From: Bacilli bacterium
Lineage (GTDB): Bacteria; Bacillota_I; Bacilli_A; RF39; UBA660
Direction: 5' to 3'
Assembly (NCBI GenBank): GCA_016293205.1
Contig: JAEDES010000001.1
Location: forward strand, 27,447-91,446
Length of the DNA stretch: 64,000 nucleotides
Part shown: positions 42,589-53,108 of the stretch, in pieces
How the letters are laid out: the number at the start of each line of letters is the position of its first letter
Position numbering within the stretch: the first letter of the stretch is position 1
The notes under the pieces: generated by a model
The model's input: the letters and a program-made list of their open reading frames with translations, nothing else
What the model was told of the DNA's origin: nothing
Databases searched by the model: none
Translations under genes and position numbers: made by a program

Positions 42589-44133
42589 TTAACGTCTTCC
42601 CATTACTTGTCTAATTGAGTCAATTTCTTGAGCCATAGCATTGTTATGTGCTTCTCTTTCTGTTAACCCTTGTCTACGAGTTTGTATATCGGCTTGAAGT
42701 GAAGCTTGGTATGCTAATAATTCTTCAACTGCTTTAGTTTTTTCTGCTTTTAATGCTTCTTCATTTGCAGCAATTTCTGCTTCTCTTGATTTAGCAGCAG
42801 CTTGTTCTTTTTGAAGTCTTGTAACACTTTCCATAATTGATGCTAAGTCATCTTTAGTAGTAGCTTTATCAACTGCAGCAGTTAAAGCTTTAACTTCTTC
42901 TACTGGAGTTCTTACTGGAGCTACTTCTGGCATTTCTCTAGCAACTGGTTCTGCTGGTATTACAGGTTTTTCTTCTTTAGCAGCAGCTTGTTTCTTTTCT
43001 TCTTCAGCTTGTTTATCTAAATTTTCTTTAATTAATTGCATACTTCTAACAAATGCAGTTTGAACTGTAAGATGTTGATTTCTCATATCTTCAATTCGTT
43101 TTTCTCTATCACTCATAGCTACACGTGTAACTCTGAAATCATCATCTATATCTTCTTTTTTCATTCTATATGTACCATCCTCGTTAATATATGGATTAAC
43201 TTTATTGCTTTGATTCTTAGTTACAACTATTTTTGATAATTCATCTTGAATTGTATCTGCAACATCATCTTTCTTAACTGTTGGTACTACATCAATCTTT
43301 CCTAATTCAGTATCGATTGTTTCAGCAACTTCTTTCTTTCCAACAGTTGGAGTAACTTCTACTTTATCTAATCCTTTTTTAACTTCTTCTCTAACTTCTT
43401 CTTGTTCTACAACAGTCTCAGTAGATGCTTCTGTTGCTTGTTCTTGTTCTACAACAGTCTCAGTAGATGCTTCTGTTGCTTGTTCTCTTCTCTTTTGTTC
43501 TTCAGCAAACATTTCATCTACAGTTTTTCTAATTTCTTCTTTAGTTGGAGCTTTAATTACAGGAGCAGTTTCTGCTTCTTGGGAAGTAGTTTCTTTTGTA
43601 GGTGTAACTGGTTTCTTTTTCATAATTCTATTTAAAGCATCGTCAACACCTTTTTTAGCAGCAGCAATAACATCTTCTGTTGTTGGTTCTTCTACTGCAA
43701 AGATTTCAGCCTTTTTATCATCAGGAATTGAATATGCGGCATTTGCATTATAACGCATATTTTTCATCATATTATCTTTAATCTTAATAGCACGAGATGA
43801 TACAAAGTCGTCTGTTACTTCTGTTCCAAATTGTAAGAAATTGATTTTAGCTTCTAATTTTGCAATAGCAGTTGTTTTTCTTAAAATCATACTTTCTGCT
43901 TTGCTCATTTCTTCTCCAGTTTTTCTATCAAAGCTTCCCATACCAAATTCCATGTTTAGAGTTTTTTCTTTAGCTCTTTCTAATTTTTTATCTAATTGTT
44001 TTAATCTAAAGTTATTCCAAACTCTTGAAATATTTTGGAATGATACTGATTTAAACTTAATTTTTCTTACTTTTGAACTTTTTTTAACGGTACCATAATC
44101 ATGATCTTTAAGTTCAATACGATCAAAAATCAT
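42589..44133 (-). CDS. Hypothetical 514-aa protein with a coiled-coil C-terminus and an internal 14-aa tandem duplication
   Basis: The peptide QATEASTETVVEQE occurs twice. It is encoded by a perfect 42-nt tandem repeat at 43401-43484. Confidence 0.35.
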   Translation of the reverse strand: MIFDRIELKDHDYGTVKKSSKVRKIKFKSVSFQNISRVWNNFRLKQLDKKLERAKEKTLNMEFGMGSFDRKTGEEMSKAESMILRKTTAIAKLEAKINFLQFGTEVTDDFVSSRAIKIKDNMMKNMRYNANAAYSIPDDKKAEIFAVEEPTTEDVIAAAKKGVDDALNRIMKKKPVTPTKETTSQEAETAPVIKAPTKEEIRKTVDEMFAEEQKRREQATEASTETVVEQEQATEASTETVVEQEEVREEVKKGLDKVEVTPTVGKKEVAETIDTELGKIDVVPTVKKDDVADTIQDELSKIVVTKNQSNKVNPYINEDGTYRMKKEDIDDDFRVTRVAMSDREKRIEDMRNQHLTVQTAFVRSMQLIKENLDKQAEEEKKQAAAKEEKPVIPAEPVAREMPEVAPVRTPVEEVKALTAAVDKATTKDDLASIMESVTRLQKEQAAAKSREAEIAANEEALKAEKTKAVEELLAYQASLQADIQTRRQGLTEREAHNNAMAQEIDSIRQVMGRR

Positions 44134-44157
44134 ACTTAAAACCTCCTCGAAATATTA

Positions 44158-44433
44158 TTATTCTGCTTTTGATAATTCACGTAATACGTCTTTAATTCTA
44201 TTCCATTCATCTTCGTCTTCTACTCCAAGTAATCTTGGTTCTCCTGATGAACGATCTACGTGTGATACATAAACTGTAATGTTATCATTTTCGTCTTTTT
44301 CATTTTTTGTATAAATAACATATTCTTTATTTGTATCTTTAAATTCAAATGCAAGGATAACTTCTACCTCTTCTATTGATCCGTCTTCAGCAACGATTGA
44401 CATAATTTTCTTTTCTACTTCTTGATTTCCCAT
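44158..44433 (-). CDS. DUF1292-family small protein
   Basis: 91-aa acidic protein. Its pattern ...ILAFEFKDTNKEYVIYTKNE...NITVYVSHVD... matches the Firmicute DUF1292 family as I recall it. Confidence 0.4.
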   Translation of the reverse strand: MGNQEVEKKIMSIVAEDGSIEEVEVILAFEFKDTNKEYVIYTKNEKDENDNITVYVSHVDRSSGEPRLLGVEDEDEWNRIKDVLRELSKAE

Positions 44434-44486
44434 AATAAAATCCTCCCTTTATTATTCATATAATATAATTCTAACATATTTTCAAA

Positions 44487-44780
44487 TTATTTCAAGTTTT
44501 TTTCTTTAACTTTTTTAAGAATAAAAATTCTAGCTCCATAACTACAGTAAGCTTCAATATATTTATCTAGTTTTGAGTAATCGTTTATTTCTGTTTTTTT
44601 AGAATTTGTTGGTTCTAAGAATCCTTTAAGACGTACCTTATCATAAGAAAAATCTCCTACTATATAATCAAAATTATCAAAGTAATCTGTTATTTTCACT
44701 GATAATTCTTCTTCATTTATACATTTATTATCATTTCTTACTACTTCATATTCTACTTCGTTTATTTTAATTGTTGTCAT
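44487..44780 (-). CDS. YutD-like (DUF1027) protein
   Basis: 97-aa protein. The IVGDFSYDKVRLKGF motif resembles YutD. Confidence 0.35.
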   Translation of the reverse strand: MTTIKINEVEYEVVRNDNKCINEEELSVKITDYFDNFDYIVGDFSYDKVRLKGFLEPTNSKKTEINDYSKLDKYIEAYCSYGARIFILKKVKEKNLK

Positions 44781-44814
44781 ATACTACACCTCATCTTAAT
44801 TATATCATAGATAT

Positions 44815-45510
44815 TTAATTAGTTAAAATAGTTGATGGTAAAGAATTTGTATTTATATCAGTTTCAAAATATCTTGGTATTTGTCCTTGAACTATCTTTA
44901 ATACTAAAGGAGATGTTATTTCAATAATAGTTTCTTTTGATGATATCGGCATTGTTACTTGTTCTTTTATTTCTACTAGTATATTTACTTCAATAACAAT
45001 ATTATTAATTCCATAGCTTGTAATCTTATTCTTTGTCTTTGTTTTTACTCCTCCAGAAAATGATAATTTAATGGGGATAGTTGGTCCTATATTAGATATT
45101 ATTATATTATTTTTTATTAAAGATAATGGTAATTCACATAGTAGTCCATTCTTTATAGCCGTATATCTTCCTAGTTTTAGATTCTCTACTTTACCTTTTT
45201 CTAAATCTTTTACTTTCTTTAATACTTTGTTATTTATCTCCTTTAATATTTTATTTACTTCTTGAGTATTCAAATCAATAGAATATATTTCATCATTAGT
45301 CTTTTTTATTTCAAATAATATATCATTATTTATGTTTGATACTACTTCATTTACAGAGGAAGATACTAGATTAGTTGTTGTTCTTGTTACTTCTTTATTT
45401 ATATAGTTATAAAGTATTTTATTGTATTTTGTTCCTAAATAGGAAATATAAAAAGAAGATATAATACTGGCAAGTAAGATAAGAAGTAAAATTATTTTAA
45501 CTTTCTTCAT
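44815..45510 (-). CDS. yunB: Sporulation protein YunB-like
   Basis: N-terminal TM helix. Size and layout (KILKEINNKVLK...ISNIGPTIPIKLSFSGG...ITSPLVLKIVQGQIP) match the YunB family. Confidence 0.5.
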   Translation of the reverse strand: MKKVKIILLLILLASIISSFYISYLGTKYNKILYNYINKEVTRTTTNLVSSSVNEVVSNINNDILFEIKKTNDEIYSIDLNTQEVNKILKEINNKVLKKVKDLEKGKVENLKLGRYTAIKNGLLCELPLSLIKNNIIISNIGPTIPIKLSFSGGVKTKTKNKITSYGINNIVIEVNILVEIKEQVTMPISSKETIIEITSPLVLKIVQGQIPRYFETDINTNSLPSTILTN

Positions 45511-45733
45511 TAACTGTTCTTACTAGTATGACATCTTCTCCTATTTTAGTTATGTCTTTCCAAGCTATTTTTATATCTGATTCTTTATTTAAAGAAAAGA
45601 AATTTTTATTAGTCTCTATTATAAATGATTCAATACTACCATTATCTTCTACATATACATCTATTATATTACCTATACTTTTTCCATCTGTTATATTAAT
45701 AATCTTTTTAGATTGTAAATCAGATAGACGCAT
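45497..45733 (-). CDS. YlmC/YmxH-family PRC-barrel sporulation protein
   Basis: MRLSDLQSKKIINITDGKSIGNIIDVYVEDNGSIESFII matches the YlmC/YmxH signature. Lies downstream of the sigma-factor gene, as ylmC does in Bacillus subtilis. Confidence 0.6.
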   Translation of the reverse strand: MRLSDLQSKKIINITDGKSIGNIIDVYVEDNGSIESFIIETNKNFFSLNKESDIKIAWKDITKIGEDVILVRTVNEES

Positions 45734-45765
45734 ATAATCACCTATAATAGTATATTTTATTGATT

Positions 45766-46539
45766 TTATTTTAATACTTTTTTTAATTGTTTTATAGCGG
45801 AGGACTCAAGTCTTGATACTTGTGCTTGGCTTATATTTAGTTCACTTGCTATTTCCATTTGAGTTTTACCAATAATAAATCTTTCATCTAGGATATATTG
45901 TTCTCTTTCACTTAAATCATTTATAGCATTTTCTATAGATAGTTTCATCGATACGTCTTCATTTGCTTTTTTATCTTCTAATTGATCATATAAATATATA
46001 GTATCTCCTCCATCATTATAAATTGGTTCATACATACTTATAGGTTCTTTTAAAGATTCTAATGCTAGTATTACTTCATATAAATCAGTATTTAACATTT
46101 TAGCAACCTCTTCATTTGTTGGTTCTTTTCCTGTTTTATTAAATACTTCTTCTTTTACTTTTAGTGTTTTATACGCTATATCTTTTAGTGATCTAGATAT
46201 TCTTATACTATTATTATCTCTTATATATCTTCTTATTTCTCCTAGAATCATTGGTACTGCATATGTTGAGAATTTAACTTCATGAGATAAATCAAAATTA
46301 TCTATTGCTTTTAATAATCCGATACATCCTATTTGAAATAGGTCATCTAGATTATCTGTTTTTGATACATATTTTTTTAATATTGATAATACTAATTTTA
46401 GATTTCCATTTACTAATAATTCTTTGGCATATTGATCATTTTCTTTATACCTTTTAAATAATTCAATCATTTCTTCTTGTGTTAGAGTTTGTAAATCTTT
46501 TGTATTAATTCCTGTTATTTCTACTTTGTATTTTGCCAT
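45766..46539 (-). CDS. sigG: Sporulation sigma factor of the SigF/SigG group (sigma-70 region 2, 3 and 4)
   Basis: Region 2.x LVNGNLKLVLSILKKY...DLFQIGCIGLLKAIDNFD and region 4 helix-turn-helix MEIASELNISQAQVSRLE. Start set at MAKYKV behind an AAAGGAG ribosome-binding site. A YlmC-like gene lies downstream. Confidence 0.75.
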   Translation of the reverse strand: MAKYKVEITGINTKDLQTLTQEEMIELFKRYKENDQYAKELLVNGNLKLVLSILKKYVSKTDNLDDLFQIGCIGLLKAIDNFDLSHEVKFSTYAVPMILGEIRRYIRDNNSIRISRSLKDIAYKTLKVKEEVFNKTGKEPTNEEVAKMLNTDLYEVILALESLKEPISMYEPIYNDGGDTIYLYDQLEDKKANEDVSMKLSIENAINDLSEREQYILDERFIIGKTQMEIASELNISQAQVSRLESSAIKQLKKVLK

Positions 46540-46603
46540 AATAAAAACTCCTTTCATCACTATAATGTGACAAAAGAAGTTTTTTTAAACAATTATTATA
46601 TTT

Positions 46604-47452
46604 TTATAGTCCGAATGATGACATTGAACCCATGGCAGTTGTGAAATCTTCTCCGAAGATTTTATATAGTAAGAATGCAACTACGAATAGTGCTACATAT
46701 TGTGCAACAACTACTACATATCCAAGTTTATTTTCATCTGCTTGTCCAGCAGCTTTTATTGTTACTGATACATAGTGAGTATTTAGAGCGATTCCTAATC
46801 CTAATACGATAAAAGCTATTCTATAATCAATAAATGTACATACAGTTGCTACTAAAGCAGCTGCTGCAGAAATAATTGATGATACTGCATAAATTCCAAA
46901 TACTTTTTTGTATGTTGTATTTACTTTGAATAGTTTTGCTAAAATTAACCATGCAAGTAATGCCATTAATGCAAGTGTACCTGCAACTGTAATAAATGTA
47001 ATTAGTCCAACTTTAATATATGGAATTTCTAATTCAGGTGCTTCTACAAGACCACCAATTGTCATAGTTTTTTCTAAAGTACTATAAATATCTCCTAATA
47101 CTACTAATACAAATACCATAACTGATACAGCGAATACTCCAGCAAGTGCTAAAGCATTAGTAAATTTACTATCATCTGCATTTTCCTCAATTGTAGTAAC
47201 TGGTTTTTTGAAGAATCCTTTAATTACTGCTAAACAATCATTTAAAATGTTTTTTGCTTTTGATGGTTGAGCCATTCCTACTTGGGCTTGGTTCATCATA
47301 GTTTGATTCATATTACTTGCTTGTTGAAAATCTTTCATACTTGGTTGTTCAAAGTTTAATGTTTCAACAACTGGTTGTTGTTCTGAATTTCCACAATTAC
47401 ATGTAGTTCCTTCTACTAGTGGTTTTCCACATTTTGTACAAAATTTTGCCAT
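46604..47452 (-). CDS. Zinc-ribbon membrane protein with five TM helices
   Basis: N-terminal CTKCG...CNCG knuckle, then TM helices. Function unknown. Confidence 0.4.
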   Translation of the reverse strand: MAKFCTKCGKPLVEGTTCNCGNSEQQPVVETLNFEQPSMKDFQQASNMNQTMMNQAQVGMAQPSKAKNILNDCLAVIKGFFKKPVTTIEENADDSKFTNALALAGVFAVSVMVFVLVVLGDIYSTLEKTMTIGGLVEAPELEIPYIKVGLITFITVAGTLALMALLAWLILAKLFKVNTTYKKVFGIYAVSSIISAAAALVATVCTFIDYRIAFIVLGLGIALNTHYVSVTIKAAGQADENKLGYVVVVAQYVALFVVAFLLYKIFGEDFTTAMGSMSSFGL

Positions 47453-47470
47453 TATTTATTTCCTTCTTTC

Positions 47471-48775
47471 TTAATATCTTGAAAAATATGTTTTTAAATA
47501 TTTAATATTTGTTAATTTGTATTTTCCATCGACTTTTTTATAAGTAAATGTTACATAGTTTGTTGCAGTGTCACTGTGTGTTTGAGCTTGTCCACTGCTT
47601 TGATATGATACTGTGTAATCATATTTTAATGTTGATGACATATTAAATGTTCCATCAGTATTTGTATAAATACTTGATACTATTGCTTCATTAACTTTTA
47701 GTTTTGTTAATGGATTAGATGAATTTGCTAATTCTGTTGATAATGAATTATACGCTGATGTTAAATTAGTTAAATCACAATCAGTAAATTCAAAATTAGA
47801 TTTAATTTCATCAAATGGTTTTTTAGCAATTGCAGAATCATATAATAATTGAACATCTGCTGCCATTTGTTTATTTATTTCATTTTTTGTTTTCTTTGTT
47901 AATGCTGATGCTGAAAGACTTGCATAATATCCTCCAGATGCTACATTTACTAATTCTTCTGTTTCAAGTCCATTTTTATATTTTACATTGAACTTATATT
48001 TACCACCAAACATTGCTGGTACTTTGTAATAATCATAATATGATGTAGATGATTCTTTATTAATTAGTTTTTTATCTAATTTAATTCCCTCAACTTTTAC
48101 TTCCGCATCTTTTTCTACTTTAACAGTAACATCTTTTTTTACTTCATATGCAGATGCTACTACTAACCATTGATCATATAATAACCATTTTTTATCTTTA
48201 CCTTTAGCTAGTTTTACATCTACTGTTTGAGATTTTTCTTTCTCTTTTTCTACATATGTAATTGTTACTTTTGCAGTCATTTTAGATAAGTCATCATATT
48301 TAACTTTCCCTACTTCATAATTAACAATTTCCATTTTTGAACTCTTATCAGTAGTATTTTTAATTACTTTTTCAAACATTTTTTCTGTTGTAAAGTCTGT
48401 TTGTTCTACTTGTAAGAATTTATAAATTTTCTTAGCATCTAATTCAACTAAAGCATTGAAATAATCTTCTGCTACTTTTTCAGGTGTTACTAATGTTCCT
48501 AAATAATAGTATGCACCACCAAATAGTACAACAATTACAGCAATGATTGTTAATATTAATTTTGTTTGTTTGCTCATTGGTTTTGCTGGTTGAGTTGCCA
48601 TAACTTGAGTATTTGGCATTTGATTTTGTGTATTATTAGTTTGTACATTATTAACATTTTCTTCCCCTTGCGAAGGATTTACTTGTTGTTCAGGTGCACC
48701 TGCTAGTTTTGCGCCACAGTTTTCACAAAATTGAGATGTTCCTGAGTTCTTTGTTCCGCATTCTCCACAAAACAT
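47471..48775 (-). CDS. Zinc-ribbon, single-pass membrane protein with a large extracytoplasmic domain
   Basis: Start set at MFCGECG...CENCG behind an AGAGGAG ribosome-binding site. One TM helix, then a roughly 330-aa domain. Confidence 0.4.
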   Translation of the reverse strand: MFCGECGTKNSGTSQFCENCGAKLAGAPEQQVNPSQGEENVNNVQTNNTQNQMPNTQVMATQPAKPMSKQTKLILTIIAVIVVLFGGAYYYLGTLVTPEKVAEDYFNALVELDAKKIYKFLQVEQTDFTTEKMFEKVIKNTTDKSSKMEIVNYEVGKVKYDDLSKMTAKVTITYVEKEKEKSQTVDVKLAKGKDKKWLLYDQWLVVASAYEVKKDVTVKVEKDAEVKVEGIKLDKKLINKESSTSYYDYYKVPAMFGGKYKFNVKYKNGLETEELVNVASGGYYASLSASALTKKTKNEINKQMAADVQLLYDSAIAKKPFDEIKSNFEFTDCDLTNLTSAYNSLSTELANSSNPLTKLKVNEAIVSSIYTNTDGTFNMSSTLKYDYTVSYQSSGQAQTHSDTATNYVTFTYKKVDGKYKLTNIKYLKTYFSRY

Positions 48776-48863
48776 TCTATCACTCCTCTTATTATTGAAA
48801 ATACCATAATTTCGACATAAAGTAAATAACAAAAGATGTCAAAAATGTTTACTTGACTTCTTA

Positions 48864-49682
48864 TTATTTTTCATAATTTTCTAGGAATGTTGTTTTTACT
48901 CCATCTTTCTTCGTTGCGAGTACTGTATCAATATTTACATTTTCACTGGATGCAAAAATATTGTAAGCAATATTCTTATTTTTCTTTTCTAATTCTTTAA
49001 TTAACATTTTAATTTCTAATCTTTTAGAATCTTTTAAATTATCTTTTTCTGTAAATTTACAAGCACAATTTATAAATTCTAAATTATTATATTTTTTCCA
49101 TGCTATAATATCTTCTTCTCTTACTAAGTATAATGGTCTTATTAATTCCATTCCTTCAAAGTTGGTACTTTTTAGTTTAGGCATCATACTTTTATATTCT
49201 CCACCATACATCATTGATAAAAGAATAGTCTCTACTACATCATCAAAGTGATGTCCTAAGGCTATTTTATTACAACCTAATTGTTTGGCATGATCATATA
49301 AGAATCCTCTTCTCATTCTTGCACATAAATAGCAAGGTGAATCAGATGCATGAGTATCCACTACATTAAAGATATCTGATTTAAATATTTCTATTGGTAT
49401 TCCCATTAATTTAGCATTTTCAATTATCTTTTCATTATTTACTTCATTATATCCTGGATTCATTACAATATATACTAAATCAAATTTAACATTTCCATGT
49501 TTTTGTAATTCTTCCATACATTTTGCTAGAAGATAAGAATCTTTTCCTCCTGAAATACATACGGCAATTTTATCATTTTCTTCAATCATTTTATAATCAC
49601 GAATTGCTTTCATAAAATGTCTCCAAATTGGTTTTCTAAACTTAGTAATTATACTTCTTTCAATTTCTTGTTTTCTATCCAT
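48864..49682 (-). CDS. ttcA: TtcA-like PP-loop ATPase (tRNA 2-thiocytidine synthase family)
   Basis: SGGKDS PP-loop motif and conserved cysteines CYLCARMRRG...INCAC. Confidence 0.7.
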   Translation of the reverse strand: MDRKQEIERSIITKFRKPIWRHFMKAIRDYKMIEENDKIAVCISGGKDSYLLAKCMEELQKHGNVKFDLVYIVMNPGYNEVNNEKIIENAKLMGIPIEIFKSDIFNVVDTHASDSPCYLCARMRRGFLYDHAKQLGCNKIALGHHFDDVVETILLSMMYGGEYKSMMPKLKSTNFEGMELIRPLYLVREEDIIAWKKYNNLEFINCACKFTEKDNLKDSKRLEIKMLIKELEKKNKNIAYNIFASSENVNIDTVLATKKDGVKTTFLENYEK

Positions 49683-49683
49683 A

Positions 49684-50193
49684 TTAATCCCTCTCTAGAA
49701 AATCATTTCCTTTATGAGGTTCTTCCATAAGCAAGTCATTATAATCTTGTTGACGTAGTACTTCATATATTACAATTGCAACACTATTTGATACATTTAA
49801 TGCTCTAACATTATCAGTCATTGGAATTCTCATACAATGTTCTAAATCTTTTTTTAATATTTCTTTTGGTATACCTGTTGATTCTTTACCAAAGATAAAA
49901 TATAAGTTCTCATCTTTCTTATTATAATCAAAACTAGTATGTGGCTTATGACCATATCTTGTGAAGTAATAATAAGTTCCTTCATTTTTTGATTTAAAGT
50001 CTTCCCAATCTTCATAAATTTGCCAATCTAATTTATCTATATAATTTACTCCACTTCTTTTTAAAGATGCATCATCTACTTTAAATCCTAATGGTTTAAT
50101 TAAATGAAGTTTTGTATTAGTTGCGACACATGTACGCATGATATTACCTGTATTTTGTGGAATTTCAGGTTGATATAAAACGATATTATTCAT
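49684..50193 (-). CDS. trmL: tRNA (cytidine/uridine-2'-O)-methyltransferase TrmL (SPOUT family)
   Basis: 169-aa protein. NTGNIMRTC...LNVSNSVAIVIYE motifs are typical of TrmL/YibK. Confidence 0.75.
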   Translation of the reverse strand: MNNIVLYQPEIPQNTGNIMRTCVATNTKLHLIKPLGFKVDDASLKRSGVNYIDKLDWQIYEDWEDFKSKNEGTYYYFTRYGHKPHTSFDYNKKDENLYFIFGKESTGIPKEILKKDLEHCMRIPMTDNVRALNVSNSVAIVIYEVLRQQDYNDLLMEEPHKGNDFLERD

Positions 50194-50219
50194 ACTTTTC
50201 CTCCTAATATAAAAGGAGA

Positions 50220-50741
50220 TTACTCTCCTATTTTATGTATTTCTATAAATTGTTTAGTTTTAACTACTGTTAATTCTTCATCAACATTACCTTGTAGCAT
50301 TGATGCTATTTTACCATCTTCAAATACTACTAATGCCGGATATAATGTAGTTAATTTAACTTTAAAATTATATTTATTATTAAAGTCTTCAATAAATTTT
50401 TGTTGATCTAAATCACTTAAGTTTAAATAAACTATTTCATCTTGTAATTCTTTTGATTTAATTAATTTTTTAAAACCATTTTCGTAATTACGGCATACCA
50501 TATCACTTGATGTACACATATAAATTACTATTGTTGGATTTTCTAGAATATAATGTTCTAATTCGTCTGCTGTTATTTCAGATAATGTATCTCTAATTAC
50601 AGGTGTTTGTTTTTGATATTCATCATACACTTTATAAAGATTACATAAATAGAACGTTAACCCTATTCCTGCTAAAAAGATTGCAGCTAGAATTAAATAA
50701 TTCTTTAATCCACCTTTTTTCTTTACTTTTGTATCTGCCAT
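50220..50741 (-). CDS. Membrane-anchored thioredoxin-fold-like hypothetical protein
   Basis: N-terminal TM helix. CTSSDMVC is a possible CxxxxxxC redox pair. Confidence 0.3.
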   Translation of the reverse strand: MADTKVKKKGGLKNYLILAAIFLAGIGLTFYLCNLYKVYDEYQKQTPVIRDTLSEITADELEHYILENPTIVIYMCTSSDMVCRNYENGFKKLIKSKELQDEIVYLNLSDLDQQKFIEDFNNKYNFKVKLTTLYPALVVFEDGKIASMLQGNVDEELTVVKTKQFIEIHKIGE

Positions 50742-50786
50742 AAGATCACTCCTTACTTATATTTTATCACAAAACGAGTTATTTTT

Positions 50787-52991
50787 TTAAACAATAATAG
50801 AATTTTCAAATTGCTTTACAGCTTTTCTTATATCAGGTTCTTTTTCATCATAAAAATCTAGTCTAACTGAGGCAACTTGTTTGAATGCTTCAATATTTGT
50901 AAGCATTTTATTTTCATGATTTAAGATATGCGTATTTATTCCATCGAAGAATACTGGGAATCTTCTTTCTTTAGAATCTATTAAAGTATATGAATAATCA
51001 TCTTTTTCTATATTTAAGATATTGCCTTTAATAATCATATTTTCTACTCTACCATAAGCAAGTACTTCTACATTTGGTTCTACTTGGAATGTTTGTTTAA
51101 ATAGATTAATCATCTTTAATGTATCTTCGTCTGATAATTCTACTGATGGAGTTATTATTTCTAATCCATGTCTATATAAATAATACATTGTATAAATATT
51201 AGTTACATTCAATGGATAGTTTCCAATTGCACCTGGTTTAATTGTAAAGTCATAATAATCTGATACTAAATTTTTATTCTTTAAGTTATCTACTGTATTA
51301 CGTTTACATCTTGGTACTTTAAAATAGTTATCCTCATAAATCTTACTTTGATTAAATAATGCTTCACTTGATGTATAAATTCTTTTTAAAGCAATTCTAC
51401 GACATGCATCTTGTTGTTCTAGATTTGTAATGTATGCAGAAATTACTTTTGGTTGCGGCTTGATATTTAGAGCTTGTAAAGGTTCATTCTTTGTTACAAA
51501 ATTTACATTTACTTCCATTCTCTTAGTCATTAAACTATTTGTTAATGTACGACGTAGATCATTTAATTCTTTTATTTGAATAAAGATATTATCGTCACAG
51601 TTAACAAGTGTTGAGGTACTTACGAATGGTGTATCTCCTAGTTTTTCTAATTGTTCACGGATTCTATCATCATCCATTGGTGCATTTTGAGCTTGTTGAA
51701 CTGGTGTACCTACAGCCCTAAATTGATTTACTCCATCACTAATAGTTATATCTAATGGTTTACCTAATTTAGCTTCTACTTTAAATGTGATAGGTATTTT
51801 TCTAACAGGCATTTGTTTCAAAGAATTAATTAATTGATAGTCTTGAGTTTTACATACTGTATCATAATCTTTTAATTCAACTTTATTATCAACATAACAT
51901 ACTGTTCCTTCTGGAGCAGAGGCTATTAAATTATCTGTTTCATCATATAAGTAATTTACAATAAATCCTTTACCACTTTGTAGGAAACGAATTCCATCTT
52001 GTTGATTTAATGGTCTATCTAATTGAATTTTTATTTTCTTTTCATTGACTTCAATTACTTTACCTATTTCTAATCCTATATGATTAGGTGTTTCAATATT
52101 CATAATTTTTTCTACAGGTGTTTCAAATAAATGACCTAATGTAAATTCTCTTGTGAATAGTGTTTTTAATTTATCTGTTTCTTCATCTAAAAGAACATAT
52201 GCACCATTATTATCTATTACATTACGATAATATTTAGTTACAAATCCTACATATTCAGGAGATTTCATTCTACCTTCAATTTTAAAACTTGTAATTGAAC
52301 TGTCTAATAAATCTCTAAATCTAGGTGCAGTATTTAATTCTTTTGTACTTAGTAAATATTTTTCTTTTTGAACTACTCTTCCACGACGTTCTAGAGTATA
52401 TGGTAGTCGACAACTTCCTACACATTCTCCTCTATTTCCACTACGAGATCCTAACATACTACTCATCAAGCATTCTCCTGAGTATGAGATACATAAAGCT
52501 CCATGAATAAATACTTCTTTTTCTATTGGTGTTTTGATTTGTTCTATTTCTTTAAGAGTCATTTCTCTTGAGAAGACAATTCTTTTTACACCAATACTAT
52601 GATAAAATTCTGCAGTATCACGTGAAGATGTATTTGCTTGAGTTGAAGCATGAATTTCTAGTTCAGGATATTTTTCTCTTACTAAACAAATCATACCAAA
52701 ATCTTGCATAATTAGAGCATCTACTCCGCTTTTATATAAGAACTCTACTTGACCTAAGAAATATGGTACTTCTTCATCCCTTACTAGTGTATTCATTGTT
52801 ACATATAATTTAACCCCATATAGATGACAAATTTTTACGGCTTGTTGTATTTCATTATTATCAAAATTCTTGGCAAATTTTCTAGCACCAAAGTTTTTGC
52901 AACCAATATATACAGCATCTGCTCCATTCGCAACCGCTTGTGTTAAACATTGCATATCTCCTGCTGGTACTAATAATTCGTGTTTTACCAT
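50787..52991 (-). CDS. U32-family peptidase (collagenase-like) with a C-terminal extension
   Basis: N-terminal LLVPAGDMQCLTQAVANGADAVYIGCKNFGARKFAKNF...E.....G.K.Y.T.N signature of peptidase U32. 734 aa. Confidence 0.8.
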   Translation of the reverse strand: MVKHELLVPAGDMQCLTQAVANGADAVYIGCKNFGARKFAKNFDNNEIQQAVKICHLYGVKLYVTMNTLVRDEEVPYFLGQVEFLYKSGVDALIMQDFGMICLVREKYPELEIHASTQANTSSRDTAEFYHSIGVKRIVFSREMTLKEIEQIKTPIEKEVFIHGALCISYSGECLMSSMLGSRSGNRGECVGSCRLPYTLERRGRVVQKEKYLLSTKELNTAPRFRDLLDSSITSFKIEGRMKSPEYVGFVTKYYRNVIDNNGAYVLLDEETDKLKTLFTREFTLGHLFETPVEKIMNIETPNHIGLEIGKVIEVNEKKIKIQLDRPLNQQDGIRFLQSGKGFIVNYLYDETDNLIASAPEGTVCYVDNKVELKDYDTVCKTQDYQLINSLKQMPVRKIPITFKVEAKLGKPLDITISDGVNQFRAVGTPVQQAQNAPMDDDRIREQLEKLGDTPFVSTSTLVNCDDNIFIQIKELNDLRRTLTNSLMTKRMEVNVNFVTKNEPLQALNIKPQPKVISAYITNLEQQDACRRIALKRIYTSSEALFNQSKIYEDNYFKVPRCKRNTVDNLKNKNLVSDYYDFTIKPGAIGNYPLNVTNIYTMYYLYRHGLEIITPSVELSDEDTLKMINLFKQTFQVEPNVEVLAYGRVENMIIKGNILNIEKDDYSYTLIDSKERRFPVFFDGINTHILNHENKMLTNIEAFKQVASVRLDFYDEKEPDIRKAVKQFENSIIV

Positions 52992-53108
52992 TTTATTATC
53001 ACCTCGACTATATATTATTATAGCATATTTATTGTTATTAATAGTATGATTTAATATATTTTTATGCTTGATAGTAAAGTAAAAAAAAGAAGACTTTTGT
53101 CTTCTTAA

